Assembly (NCBI GenBank): GCA_046328505.1
Contig: JAXLWL010000003.1
Span: 466,181 to 530,180 of the forward strand
From: Anaerolineae bacterium
GTDB lineage: Bacteria > Chloroflexota > Anaerolineae > Epilineales > JAHCIE01
Length of the DNA stretch: 64,000 nt
Direction: 5' to 3'
Part shown: in pieces, positions 9,377 through 19,041 of the stretch
Numbering within the stretch: the stretch's first letter is position 1
Layout: every line of letters begins with the position of its first letter
Made by a program: the position numbers and the translations under genes
Notes under the pieces: model-generated
The model's input: only the letters and a program-made list of their open reading frames with translations
The model's database searches: none
Told to the model about the DNA's origin: nothing

Positions 9377-10309
9377 CTAGTACTCTAGCTCGTCTTGCAT
9401 GACGCGCCACAGGTAGATGAAGATGAAAATCGAGGTCAGCAGGAACAGCACCACCGCAATCGTCGCGCCGTAGCCCATCTTGTAGTTATTGAACGCCTCG
9501 ATGTACATGAACGTCGCCATCACCGAGGAAGCGTTGGCAGGACCGCCGCGGGTCATGATATAGACCAGGTCGAAGGAGCGCAGCGAGTCAATGACGCTGA
9601 TGACGACGACGATGATGGTGACCGGGGCAAGTAGCGGCCAGATGACGTTGCGGAACTGCTGCCAGCCGTTCGCGCCGTCCACCTTGGCGGCGTCAATGAG
9701 CGTCGGGTCGACGCCTTGCAGGCCGGCCAGGTAGAGCACCATGATGTAACCCACCTGGCGCCAGATGGCGGCGGCGATGATGCACCACGTGGCCAACGCG
9801 GGATTGGCCAGCCAGCCCTGCTGGAGCGCACCCAGGCCCACTGTGCGCAGGAAGGTATTAAGCATGCCCTGAACCGGTAGATAGATCCAGCCGAAGATCA
9901 GGCCGATGATGACCGGCGCGAGGATGTAGGGCGAGTAGATGGCCGACTTGATGCCGCGCGCGCCCGGCAGGTTGCGATTGAGGGCCATCGCTAGCGCCAG
10001 CCCCAGCGCCACCGGCACAGTGATGAAGGAGACCAGCCACTTGATGTTGTTGCCGATGGAGGTATAGAACAGCGGGTCCTTGAAGAGCCGCTGATAGTTG
10101 GCGAAGCCAATGTATTGCGGCGCCGAGATGCCATCCCAGTTGGTCAGGCTGAGATAGAATGAGTAGAACATCGGCCCAATGACCCAGATGAGGAACATGA
10201 TTACGGGCACGGCCAGGAACAAGTAGGGCGTGAACACCGGCGCGCGGTGTGAGCGCCCTCGTTTCTCGGCGACTGGACGGGTCGCCTCAACGCTGCCAGT
10301 GGCGGCCAT
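9377..10309 (-). CDS. carbohydrate ABC transporter permease (CUT1, MalF/UgpA-like)
   Basis: typical permease hydrophobic profile; ATG 10309 preceded by AAAGGAG. Confidence 0.9.
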   Translation of the reverse strand: MAATGSVEATRPVAEKRGRSHRAPVFTPYLFLAVPVIMFLIWVIGPMFYSFYLSLTNWDGISAPQYIGFANYQRLFKDPLFYTSIGNNIKWLVSFITVPVALGLALAMALNRNLPGARGIKSAIYSPYILAPVIIGLIFGWIYLPVQGMLNTFLRTVGLGALQQGWLANPALATWCIIAAAIWRQVGYIMVLYLAGLQGVDPTLIDAAKVDGANGWQQFRNVIWPLLAPVTIIVVVISVIDSLRSFDLVYIMTRGGPANASSVMATFMYIEAFNNYKMGYGATIAVVLFLLTSIFIFIYLWRVMQDELEY

Positions 10310-10333
10310 GGGATGGCTCCTTTCAACTGATTT

Positions 10334-10484
10334 GTAGTGGCGACTTATGGACCTTGCGGAACCGTTGCCACCCATCGCTCGCGGCGGAGAGCCAACTCCG
10401 CCGCCGTTGGTGGTGCTGGAGATGGCTCTCCAGCATCAGCACGATTACGGCAGCAATTAGCCAAGAACCATAAGTCGCCACTAC
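10334..10484. repeat. family-2 palindromic element, long version
   Basis: gtagtggcgactt ... aagtcgccactac termini 151 bp apart with internal hairpins (ggcggag..ctccgcc; ctggaga..ctctccag). Confidence 0.7.
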
Positions 10485-10496
10485 GTTTCGGCGCAG

Positions 10497-11897
10497 TTAC
10501 GGCGTTGGCGTCCCGCTGAAGATGCGGGCGCGCTCCTCTTCAAGAGCCGCGAGAATCTGCTGGGCGTTGCCCGGGTTCGCCATGAAGTCCTGGAAGGCGG
10601 CCATGCCCTTCTCGGCCATCTCGGGCGTGGTGTCGCGGTCGTAGAACTGGGCGATGTAGTCGGCCTTCTTGATGATGTCGATACCCTTCTGCGTCGCCGG
10701 CGTGAAGATGCTGGGGTCGACCTCGGTGTTGGTCGGCAGACGCTGCAGGTTCTTGGCGAAATACGTCTGCGATTCCTTCGAGCCGAGGAAGGCTAGGAAC
10801 TTCTTGGCGGCTTCGGGATCGGGCGCGTTGGCGGCGGCGAAGTAGCCGTCCGTCGGGGCGTCCTCGCCGATCTTGACGCTGGGATCGATGATCGGGAAGC
10901 GCACGAAGTCGAAGTTGTCCTGCTGGTCCTTCGGAATCGAGTCCATGATGAACTGACCCATCAGGTACATGCCGGCCTTGCCATCGACCAGCGGCTGGAC
11001 AGCATCCTCCCACGCGTAGGCTGTTGGGTTGTCAATGAAGCAGCCGGCGTCGAGCAGCTTCTTCCAGTTGTCGAATGTCTTCGCCACACGCGGATCGGTG
11101 TACTTCTCCTTGCCTTCCATCAGAGCGATGTGGAAGTCCGGGCCGTTGGTGCGCATGTTGAGGTAGTCGAACCAGCCGGCGGCCGGCCACGGGGCCTTCG
11201 TGCCGATGGTGATGGGCGTGATGCCCTTGTCTTTCAGCGTCTTGCACGCGGCCAGCAGCTCGTCGAAGGTCTGCGGCGGCTTGAGGCCGGCATCCTGGAA
11301 GACCTTCTTGTTGTAGTACAGCGCCCACCAGTAGTAGCTCGTGGGGACGAAGTACTGCTTGCCGTTGACGGTGCTCAGCGCGGCCATGCCCTTAGGGAAG
11401 GACTTGTCCCAGCCCTGCTGCTTCCAGACATCGCTGATATCCATGATCAGGCCTTTGTCGATGAAGAAGCGGGCGCGGTTGCCGGCGAACCAGGTCATGA
11501 CATCCGGCGGGCGGGAGGCGGCCAGGTAGGTGCGGATGGCCTGCTTGAAACCCTCGTGATCGACGATGCTGTGCTCGACGTCGATGTTCGGGTTGGCCTT
11601 CTTGAACTGCGCCACCAAATCCTCATCCGCCTTGCGGGGCGTGGGATCGCTGATGTAGGAGTTGTAGACCAGGCGCATGTTCGGGGCCGTCGTCACCTGG
11701 ACCTGGACCTGCTTCTCCACGGTCTTCTCGACGACGGACGTTTCCTTAACGACGACGGTCTGGATGACAGGCGCTGCGGTCGCGGCGGCCTGGGGCGCAG
11801 CCGCCGGAGCGGACGAGCACGCCAGGACGACCAGGGCCAGGACGCCGAGAGCGCCCAGCAGCAAGGCCAGTCTCATTTTAGGTGTGATGCGGCTCAC
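10497..11897 (-). CDS. ABC transporter extracellular solute-binding lipoprotein (family 1, sugar)
   Basis: GTG 11897 with GGAGGA RBS; lipoprotein signal ...LALVVLACSS; SBP_bac_1-like body. Confidence 0.9.
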   Translation of the reverse strand: MSRITPKMRLALLLGALGVLALVVLACSSAPAAAPQAAATAAPVIQTVVVKETSVVEKTVEKQVQVQVTTAPNMRLVYNSYISDPTPRKADEDLVAQFKKANPNIDVEHSIVDHEGFKQAIRTYLAASRPPDVMTWFAGNRARFFIDKGLIMDISDVWKQQGWDKSFPKGMAALSTVNGKQYFVPTSYYWWALYYNKKVFQDAGLKPPQTFDELLAACKTLKDKGITPITIGTKAPWPAAGWFDYLNMRTNGPDFHIALMEGKEKYTDPRVAKTFDNWKKLLDAGCFIDNPTAYAWEDAVQPLVDGKAGMYLMGQFIMDSIPKDQQDNFDFVRFPIIDPSVKIGEDAPTDGYFAAANAPDPEAAKKFLAFLGSKESQTYFAKNLQRLPTNTEVDPSIFTPATQKGIDIIKKADYIAQFYDRDTTPEMAEKGMAAFQDFMANPGNAQQILAALEEERARIFSGTPTP

Positions 11898-12024
11898 AGT
11901 TTTTCCTCCATTGGAAGAGTTGGGTTGGTTCAACTGGCGACTTCTTAAGTGGGTTAAAGATCGGCTAGTGTTTCGCGGGCATCACCTCCTTCTGCGCGTC
12001 CATTGCAGCTTGCTCCTCTCCTTT

Positions 12025-13095
12025 TCAGAGAGAAAGGGCATCAGGCGCCTCTCGGTGAGGGTCCGGCGCGGCTATTGTCGCGCCGCAAGATAGGCGGACA
12101 ACAAGATGAGTAGCAAGACGGATAGGTTCAGCCGGTGGTGGCGCACCGTGGATGATGTCGATGAGTGTCTGCGCTGCAGCCCGGCCCAACTCGAAATTTG
12201 GCTGGTGAACAGTTGTCAGGGAAGGATCGAAATACGGCGTGGATGGGATGTCGTCGAAGCCCACGACGGCCATGTCGTCCGGCACGCGCAGGCCGCGCTC
12301 GCGCAGCGCCTGCAGCGCTCCCATCGCCATACGGTCGTTCTGGACAAACACAGCGTCGAAGCTGGCGCTGTCGAGCAAGCGGAGCATGGCCGCGTAGCCG
12401 CTGGCGCTCGTCCAGTCGCCGGCGTCCACAAGGCGTTGATCGACCTGGAGGTCGGCCTGCGCGAGCGCCTGGGTGTAGCCGACGTAGCGCTCCTGGCTGG
12501 CGTAGAACTGGCGCGGGCCGCTGATGAGGGCGACTCGCCTGTGTCCCAGCGACAGCAGGTGTTCCGTCGCGAGTCGCCCGCCCTGGACGTTGGCAATTCC
12601 AAGCGAGACGACGTGGGACCGGTCTCGACCGTAGCCGATGGTCACCACGGGCAGATCGGACGAAATGTGCTCGAAGAGCGCGCCTGTATCGCGGTCGGAG
12701 CCGTGATAGACGATAAGCAAGCCTTCGGTCTGGTGTTGTGACAGGAGGGGGGTACTCAGTGGCTCGCCGTCCGGCCCGCGGTCGCCGCCGCTGACAAAGA
12801 TCAGGTAGCCCTGATGGCGGGCCTCGGCCTCGGCGCCTTCGATAATGCGGGCGTGGGTGTAGTCGCTGAAGTCGGCGGTGAACAATCCCAGCACGTGGGT
12901 GCGCTGAGAGACAAGGCTGCGGGCAATGGCGGATGGGCGATAGTCCAGGTCGTCAATCGCCGTCTGGACGCGTTGCCGAGTGTCGTCAGACACTTCCCCC
13001 TTGCCGTTCAACACGCGGGAGACCGTCTGATAGGAGACACCAGCGCGCGCGGCTACATCCTTGATTGTCGTCCGCTGATGTTTGGGAACGCCCAT
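12025..13095 (-). CDS. LacI-family transcriptional regulator
   Basis: HTH TIKDVAARAGVSYQTVSRVLNG plus periplasmic-binding-like C-domain; ATG 13095 with AAGGATGAGG RBS. Confidence 0.9.
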   Translation of the reverse strand: MGVPKHQRTTIKDVAARAGVSYQTVSRVLNGKGEVSDDTRQRVQTAIDDLDYRPSAIARSLVSQRTHVLGLFTADFSDYTHARIIEGAEAEARHQGYLIFVSGGDRGPDGEPLSTPLLSQHQTEGLLIVYHGSDRDTGALFEHISSDLPVVTIGYGRDRSHVVSLGIANVQGGRLATEHLLSLGHRRVALISGPRQFYASQERYVGYTQALAQADLQVDQRLVDAGDWTSASGYAAMLRLLDSASFDAVFVQNDRMAMGALQALRERGLRVPDDMAVVGFDDIPSTPYFDPSLTTVHQPNFELGRAAAQTLIDIIHGAPPPAEPIRLATHLVVRLSCGATIAAPDPHREAPDALSL

Positions 13096-13123
13096 GGACA
13101 CGCCTCATCCTTGAAGTTAGCCC

Positions 13124-13147
13124 GTGAACGTTCACGTGAACGTTCAC
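13124..13147. promoter_or_regulatory. candidate LacI operator: two tandem perfect palindromes GTGAACGTTCAC
   Basis: gtgaacgttcacgtgaacgttcac, 30-50 nt upstream of the lacI start. Confidence 0.55.
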
Positions 13148-13221
13148 AGTCCAGTTTATCACGGCATCCGGCGTTTGTCAAGGGGCAAAATGAGAGAAAT
13201 CTAAGGATTCTTTCGCTGCAC

Positions 13222-13258
13222 ACAAAAATGCCTGTGGCGATACGAACCGCCACAGGCA
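13222..13258 (-). terminator. rho-independent terminator downstream of the metalloprotease gene
   Basis: stem gcctgtggcg/cgccacaggc followed on the minus strand by ATTTTTGTGTG. Confidence 0.6.
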
Positions 13259-13277
13259 CGATAATCTGAAGACGAAT

Positions 13278-15263
13278 CTAGCGCTGCGCCTTGCCTGGCT
13301 CCTCGTCGAAGCTGTACGCCTTCCCTACAAGCGGCAGATACGCGAAGTGTGTGTATGCAACCCCCGGCGTTCCGCTCGTCGCCGTTGGAGTCGGTGTTCG
13401 CGTCGCGGTAGCCGCCGGTAGCCCCGTCGTTGCCGTCGGTGTGGGCGTTCGCGTCGCGGTAGCCGCCGGTAGCCCCGTCGTTGCCGTTGGAGTCGGCGTC
13501 CGCGTCGCGGTGACCACGGGCGTCAGGCTCGCGGTCGGCGTCGGTGTCCCTGTTTGGGATGGCAGGCCGAGCGTTTCGGTTGGTGTCGGCGTCTCCGTCG
13601 CCTCGACTGTCTCGGTCTCAGTCGGTGTCGGTGTAGCGGTCGCCGACTCGCCGGGCGCGCTGAGAACCACGCCGTAGCCCGTCAGGCTGACGGAGCCATC
13701 GCTCGACTGACCCTGGTTGGTAATCACGAGGACGATGCTCTGGGTCCCGGCCGGTGGCGTGAAGCCCGCGAGCGACGCGTTCTCCCCCGGTCCCGCGATC
13801 TTCGAGAGAGGAAACACCTGCAAATCATCGCCGGTGTCGGCGACGACGCTCGCCCGCAGCGCGCCGTTCGACGTCGCATTCACCATGTCGACGTTGTAGG
13901 CGCCGCTCGTTGGCAGTCCAATGTAATTGATGGAGTACGTGTCGCTGATGACCCCGATATAGGTCGGGCTGCCGGCCGTGAGCTCGCCATCGTTGACGAT
14001 CGGCGATCCGCTCATGTAGGCAGCGATCCCGTCGCCGTCGCTGAAGCAGTAGGGGTCGGCGACCGGGCACTTCTTGGTGAAGCGGATGGCAATGGCGAAG
14101 TTGTGGAACAAATCGTTGAGGTTGCTGCCCTTCGCCTTCAGCGCGTTGTCGTACGCCGGGATGGCGGCCTGCCCCGCCGCCACGAACGCCAGGAAGTCCT
14201 TGTACACCACCTCCCCGCCGCCCGGCGTGTTCAGCCCACCGTTCTGCTCAGACGCGTAGCGGAACATCGGCCAGTTCGAGTACCACCCCGCCTTCGGATA
14301 GGTCGCGAGGGATTGCTGGAACAGCGGCCAGAGGTAACCGTAGTTGTCGTGGCTGTCCGGGTAAACCTCGTCCTCGGCGTATGTCGCCGTCGACTCCGTC
14401 CACATCCCCTCGACGGTCTGCGATGGGTAGCCGACGCCAAACTGGATCGAGTGCACGAACTCGTGGGCCGTCGTGGCATTCAGCGCCTGCAGGGCCTTGG
14501 CCACGTCGCCATTGGTGAACTGTACAAGGTCATTGTTGATGACCATGCACGATGCCCACGCATCGGTCTCCGTCGCCGGCGTGTTCGGGTTATTACCGAT
14601 GAAGCCGGTGTACGGCCCGCCGACAATCGTCACGTAGCCGTATAGCTTGCTGTCGCTGGAGGAAGCATCGTTGACCTGAACCGGGTACTTGCCATAGGCG
14701 TTCTCCGCGGTGAACGGCGGCTTCGGCCAGTCGTACGACGTCACCTCGACGCCGAACGCCGTCTCGAGGCCGGTCTTGTACTGATCGATGGTCAGGCCGG
14801 CGATGTCGCCATAGTTGATGACGAAGTCCGTCGTCTCCGTGGTATTGGGGCCGTCCGGCTTGTTGCACAACGTCCCCTGCGGGCGCGTGAGCCGGGTTAG
14901 CTCCGCCACGGTGGCCGGCGAGAGCGCGGTCACCTTGCCCGTCCCCTGGTTCTGCAGCGTCTTGTTGATCTCCGCTACGGCCGCCGTGCCTTCCCAGCCG
15001 GCCGTGCCGTGATACTGCGCGGGCAGCTTCGAGATGTCGTACACGGCGTAGGCCAGGTACAGGATGCGCTGCTCGGCGGTGATCTCACCGCGGCTGTACG
15101 CTTGATTGATCAACTGCTCGGTCGACAGGGGCCTAGAACTGGCGGAGGATGCTGCGGCGCCGGCTGACTGCGCCAGGAGAGGCAGGGCGGCCAGTACAGT
15201 GAGCAGGGCGAGCATCGCCAGGACAAACGCGAAACGACGCGGCCGAAATGGAACGGTTCGCAT
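13278..15263 (-). CDS. secreted HExxH zinc metallopeptidase with C-terminal Thr/Pro-rich linker and YLPLVGK tail
   Basis: signal peptide; TTAHEFVHSIQFG (HExxH); TP linker with repeated TTGLPAATATRTPTPTA; C-terminal FAYLPLVGKAYSFDEE; ATG 15263 with AAGGAG. Confidence 0.8.
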   Translation of the reverse strand: MRTVPFRPRRFAFVLAMLALLTVLAALPLLAQSAGAAASSASSRPLSTEQLINQAYSRGEITAEQRILYLAYAVYDISKLPAQYHGTAGWEGTAAVAEINKTLQNQGTGKVTALSPATVAELTRLTRPQGTLCNKPDGPNTTETTDFVINYGDIAGLTIDQYKTGLETAFGVEVTSYDWPKPPFTAENAYGKYPVQVNDASSSDSKLYGYVTIVGGPYTGFIGNNPNTPATETDAWASCMVINNDLVQFTNGDVAKALQALNATTAHEFVHSIQFGVGYPSQTVEGMWTESTATYAEDEVYPDSHDNYGYLWPLFQQSLATYPKAGWYSNWPMFRYASEQNGGLNTPGGGEVVYKDFLAFVAAGQAAIPAYDNALKAKGSNLNDLFHNFAIAIRFTKKCPVADPYCFSDGDGIAAYMSGSPIVNDGELTAGSPTYIGVISDTYSINYIGLPTSGAYNVDMVNATSNGALRASVVADTGDDLQVFPLSKIAGPGENASLAGFTPPAGTQSIVLVITNQGQSSDGSVSLTGYGVVLSAPGESATATPTPTETETVEATETPTPTETLGLPSQTGTPTPTASLTPVVTATRTPTPTATTGLPAATATRTPTPTATTGLPAATATRTPTPTATSGTPGVAYTHFAYLPLVGKAYSFDEEPGKAQR

Positions 15264-15335
15264 GGCACGTCTCCTTAACAGAACCGCCATCGTCGGTCTC
15301 ATCATGAAACGCAACGGTGGCGTTTAGGTCATCCA

Positions 15336-15364
15336 GTAAGGGCAGGTTTGAAACCTGCCCTTAC
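15336..15364. terminator. strong hairpin between the two protease paralogs (possible terminator/attenuator)
   Basis: perfect 11-bp stem gtaagggcagg/cctgcccttac with loop tttgaaa; no clear U-tract. Confidence 0.35.
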
Positions 15365-15402
15365 ATCACCACGTCCCTTTAGCTGTAGATGTAGCGGCCC
15401 AA

Positions 15403-17196
15403 TTACCGCGTCAGTGATGGCGGAACCTGATCGAAGCTGAATTCCTTCCCGACCAGGGGCAGATACGTAAAGTACGAGTATCCGCCGGGCGGCGGCGTAG
15501 GCGTGTCGCTCGGAGTCGGTGTCGCCGCTGGCGTCGGAGTCTCTGCCGGCGGCGTGGGTGTGCCGCCTTCACCTGCCGTTCCAGCGGTCACGCGATAGGC
15601 CGTCATGCTCACCGAGCCATCACTCGACTGGCCCTGGTTGGTCACGACCAGAACGACGCGCTGGGTGTTGGCCGGCACGGTAAAGCTCGCCAGAGTCGCC
15701 GTCTGGCCGGGGCCGGCCGTGCCGGGCACCGCCACGACGGTCAGACTGTCGCCGGTGTCGGCGACGACGCTTGCCCGCAGCTCGCCGTTGGTCGCGGTGT
15801 TCGCCACCTCGACGCTGTAGGCGCCGCTCGACGGCAAGCCGACGTAGTTGATGGAGTACGTGTCGCTGATGCTCCCGGTGTAGTTCGCGCCGACCGAGGC
15901 CACCTCGCCGTCATTCTGGATGGGGGTATTCTGCATCTTCAGCGCGATCCCGTCGCCGTCGCTGAAGCAGTACGGATTGGCGACGGGGCACTTCTTGGTG
16001 AAGCGGATGGCAATGGCGAAGTTGTGGAACAAATCGTTGAGGTTGCTGCCCTTCGCCTTCAGCGCGTTGTCGTATGCCGGGATGGCGGCCTGCCCTGCTG
16101 CCACGAACGCCAGGAAGTCCTTGTACACCACCTCCCCGCCGCCCGGCGTGTTCAGCCCGCCGTTCTGCTCAGACGCATAGCGGAACATCGGCCAGTTCGA
16201 GTACCACCCCGCCCGCGGGTAGGTTGCGAGGGATTGCTGGAACAGCGGCCACAGGTAGCCGTAGTTGTCGTGGCTGTCCGGGTAAACCTCGTCCTCGGCG
16301 TATGTCGCCGTCGACTCGCTCCACATGCCGCTGACTGTCGGGGATGGGGAGCCGACGCCAAACTGGATCGAGTGCACGAACTCATGGGCCGTGGTGGCAT
16401 TCAGCGCCTGCAGGGCCTTGGCCGGATCTCCCCCTGCGAACTGCCCCATGTCATTGTTGATGACCATGCACGTGGCGTAGGCATCGGTCTCCGTCGCCGG
16501 CGTGTTGGGGTTGTTACCGATGAAGCCGGTGTACGGCCCGCCGTCCGTCGTCACGTAGCCGTACAGGTTGGCATCCGACGTAGACGCATTGGTAACCTGC
16601 ACCGGATACTTGCTGTACGTGTTGGCCGCGGTGAACGGCGGCTTCGGCCAGCCGAACGACGTGACCTCGACATCGAAAGCCTTGTCGAGGCCGGTCTTGT
16701 ACTGATCGATGGTCAGGCCACCGGCGATGTCCCCATAATTGATGACAAAGCTCGCGGTCTCCGTAATGTTGGGCCCATCCGGCTTGTTGCACAACGTCCC
16801 CTGTGGGCGCGTGAGCCGGGTTAGCTCCGCCACGGCGGCCGCCGAAAGGGGTGTCACTTTGCCCGTCCCCTGGTTCTGCAGCGTCTTGTTGATCTCCGCT
16901 ACGGCCGCCGTGCCTTCCCAGCCGGCCGTGCCGTGATACTGCGCGGGCAGCTTCGAGATGTCGTACACGGCGTAGGCCAGGTACAGGATGCGCTGCTCGG
17001 CGGTGATCTCACCGCGGCTGTACGCCTGATTGATCAACTGCTCGGTCGACAGGGGCTTAGAACTGGCGGAGGATGCTGCGGCACTCGCTGCGCCGGTCGA
17101 TTGGGCCAGCACAGGCAGAACCGCCAACACGGCAAGCAGGGCGAACAGGAATGTCGCCACAACGAGGCGTCGTGGCAGAGGGCGGGATATTCGCAC
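15403..17196 (-). CDS. secreted HExxH zinc metallopeptidase, tandem paralog
   Basis: same architecture; long stretches nucleotide-identical to 13278-15263; GTG 17196 with AAGGAG; C-terminal FTYLPLVGKEFSFDQ. Confidence 0.8.
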   Translation of the reverse strand: MRISRPLPRRLVVATFLFALLAVLAVLPVLAQSTGAASAAASSASSKPLSTEQLINQAYSRGEITAEQRILYLAYAVYDISKLPAQYHGTAGWEGTAAVAEINKTLQNQGTGKVTPLSAAAVAELTRLTRPQGTLCNKPDGPNITETASFVINYGDIAGGLTIDQYKTGLDKAFDVEVTSFGWPKPPFTAANTYSKYPVQVTNASTSDANLYGYVTTDGGPYTGFIGNNPNTPATETDAYATCMVINNDMGQFAGGDPAKALQALNATTAHEFVHSIQFGVGSPSPTVSGMWSESTATYAEDEVYPDSHDNYGYLWPLFQQSLATYPRAGWYSNWPMFRYASEQNGGLNTPGGGEVVYKDFLAFVAAGQAAIPAYDNALKAKGSNLNDLFHNFAIAIRFTKKCPVANPYCFSDGDGIALKMQNTPIQNDGEVASVGANYTGSISDTYSINYVGLPSSGAYSVEVANTATNGELRASVVADTGDSLTVVAVPGTAGPGQTATLASFTVPANTQRVVLVVTNQGQSSDGSVSMTAYRVTAGTAGEGGTPTPPAETPTPAATPTPSDTPTPPPGGYSYFTYLPLVGKEFSFDQVPPSLTR

Positions 17197-17335
17197 AGCG
17201 GGTCTCCTTCAGAGTGATGTCACAGTGTGAGTGTGGATGAGCAGCAATGATGCAGACCCGAGCACCCCGTGTAAGGAGAATTCGGGGGACTGTTCGGGTG
17301 CTGAAGGCGAACAATCGAAGGGAAAGTCTATGCGA

Positions 17336-17362
17336 AAAGGGGCCGGACGCAAGTCCGACCCC
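17336..17362 (-). terminator. rho-independent terminator after the acyl-CoA dehydrogenase gene
   Basis: minus-strand stem ccggggtcggac/gtccggcccc followed by TTTTCG. Confidence 0.6.
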
Positions 17363-17395
17363 GGCAGGCTTAGGTAGAATCTTTGTAAACAGTAG

Positions 17396-18550
17396 CTACA
17401 GACTGTGGTGGTCGCGCAGGATGTTGCGGGCGATGACCATGCGCATGATCTCGCTGGTCCCTTCGCCGATCTCGGTCAGGCGGTTGTCGCGGTAGTAGCG
17501 CTCGACCGGGTATTCGCGGGAGTAGCCGTAGCCGCCGAAGATCTGCACGGCCTCGAAGCACGCCTTTTCGGCCGCTTCTGAGGCGAACAGCTTCGCCATC
17601 GCAGCCTCCTGCGTGAAGCGCTCGCCGCGATCCTTGAGCCAGGCGGCCTGGAGAATGAGCAGACGCGACGCTTCTAGCAGGGTCGCCGAGTCGGCAAGCT
17701 TCCACTGGATGCCCTGGTACTCGGCGATGGGATGGCCGAAGGCGACGCGCTCCTTGGCGTAGCCAACCGCCGCTTCGAAGGCGGCCCGGCCCAGCCCCAG
17801 CGCCATCGCCCCAATGCTGATGCGGCCACCATCGAGAATGATGAGCATCTGCTTGAAGCCCTGTCCAATCGAGCCGAGGATATTGCCCGCTGGAATACGG
17901 CAGTCCTCAAAGAATAGCTGCGATGTGATGGAGCCTTTGAGCCCCATCTTTGGCTCATCCTTGCCGGGAATGAAGCCGGGCGTGCCCTTCTCAACGATGA
18001 AGCACGAGACGCCTCGGTCCTCGCCGTCCACCATCGTGCGCGCTGTCGCGACGATCACATCGGCAATGGAGCCGGACGTAATCCACATCTTGGCCCCGTT
18101 GAGCACCCAGCTATCGCCATCCTTCCGCGCCGTCGTGCGCGTCGCGCCCGCGTCCGAGCCGGCTTGCGGCTCCGTCAGGCCGAACGCGCCCAACCCCTTG
18201 CCACTGGCGAGATGAGTCAGGTACTTCTGCTTCTGCTCTTCGCTGCCGAACAGATAGAACGGCGCGCAGCCCAGGGAAACGTGGGCTGCGTACGTCAGCC
18301 CCGTTGAGCCGCAGGCGCGCGACAGCTCCTCGACGGCGAGAGCATAGCTCACGGTGTCTCCCCCCGCGCCGCCGTATTTCTCAGGATATGGAAGGCCCAG
18401 CAAGCCAAGCTCGCCTAGCTTGCGAAAGGTCTCCGCGGGAAACTGGCCAGTCTCATCTACTTCTCGGGCGCGCGGCGCAACCTCGTTCTGGGCAAAGTCG
18501 CGCACCATATCGCGCACCATGCGTTGCTCTTCGGTTAGTCGAAAGTCCAT
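17396..18550 (-). CDS. acyl-CoA dehydrogenase
   Basis: MDFRLTEEQRMVRDMVRDFAQNEVAP... canonical ACAD N-terminus and fold; ATG 18550 with GGAGGAAG RBS. Confidence 0.9.
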   Translation of the reverse strand: MDFRLTEEQRMVRDMVRDFAQNEVAPRAREVDETGQFPAETFRKLGELGLLGLPYPEKYGGAGGDTVSYALAVEELSRACGSTGLTYAAHVSLGCAPFYLFGSEEQKQKYLTHLASGKGLGAFGLTEPQAGSDAGATRTTARKDGDSWVLNGAKMWITSGSIADVIVATARTMVDGEDRGVSCFIVEKGTPGFIPGKDEPKMGLKGSITSQLFFEDCRIPAGNILGSIGQGFKQMLIILDGGRISIGAMALGLGRAAFEAAVGYAKERVAFGHPIAEYQGIQWKLADSATLLEASRLLILQAAWLKDRGERFTQEAAMAKLFASEAAEKACFEAVQIFGGYGYSREYPVERYYRDNRLTEIGEGTSEIMRMVIARNILRDHHSL

Positions 18551-18693
18551 CGTGGCTTCCTCCGCTCGAACGGATAGCCCGTTCGGCGACATCGTTGTCA
18601 CAGGCGGGATTGTGGATCGGCTTGTCAGTCGCCGATTCTAGTATAGGCTCAATGGCGCAGTGCGTCAATGAGGCGTTTGTCGCAAATGTGGGG

Positions 18694-18885
18694 CTAGCGA
18701 TCGGTGCTGACAACGGGAAGCTGCCAGCCGTCAGTGTTGCGGGACCAGACAATGTGGAAGCGGGGCTGGGGTCCCCGCTGGCGCTCGGCAACAGAAGACA
18801 TCGCCGAATCCGATGGCTTGAGCACGATCATTGCACCCATCACGATTGCCAGGACAATGATCGCCAGCCAGATGTTGGTGTTCAT
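18694..18885 (-). CDS. possible small membrane protein (63 aa)
   Basis: MNTNIWLAIIVLAIVMGAMIVLKP... single TM, good GC3, weak RBS; lies in an otherwise non-coding 550-bp region. Confidence 0.25.
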   Translation of the reverse strand: MNTNIWLAIIVLAIVMGAMIVLKPSDSAMSSVAERQRGPQPRFHIVWSRNTDGWQLPVVSTDR

Positions 18886-19041
18886 AAGCGCGTTTTCCGG
18901 TGCGAGAAGATATCTACTACGCGGTTTGATAGCATGATGCGCGCCACCAAAGCTCCGCAGCATTATAGCGACACGGGAAGTATGAGGCAACTTTCAGCAA
19001 ACGTTTTCCCATTTCGGAAGGCCCCGTAGCGCCAACAAATG

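Noticed and set aside
13380-13520. Possible CRISPR-like periodic repeats
   Set aside because: The periodicity comes from TP-linker coding repeats inside a CDS (60-nt units encoding TTGLPAATATRTPTPTA); there are no spacers of uniform length and no cas genes; the family-1/2 repeats are palindromic, not direct
13278-15263. YLPLVG tail as a sortase LPXTG signal
   Set aside because: Position 4 is Val, not Thr; there is no hydrophobic TM segment or basic tail after the motif; no sortase gene in the window
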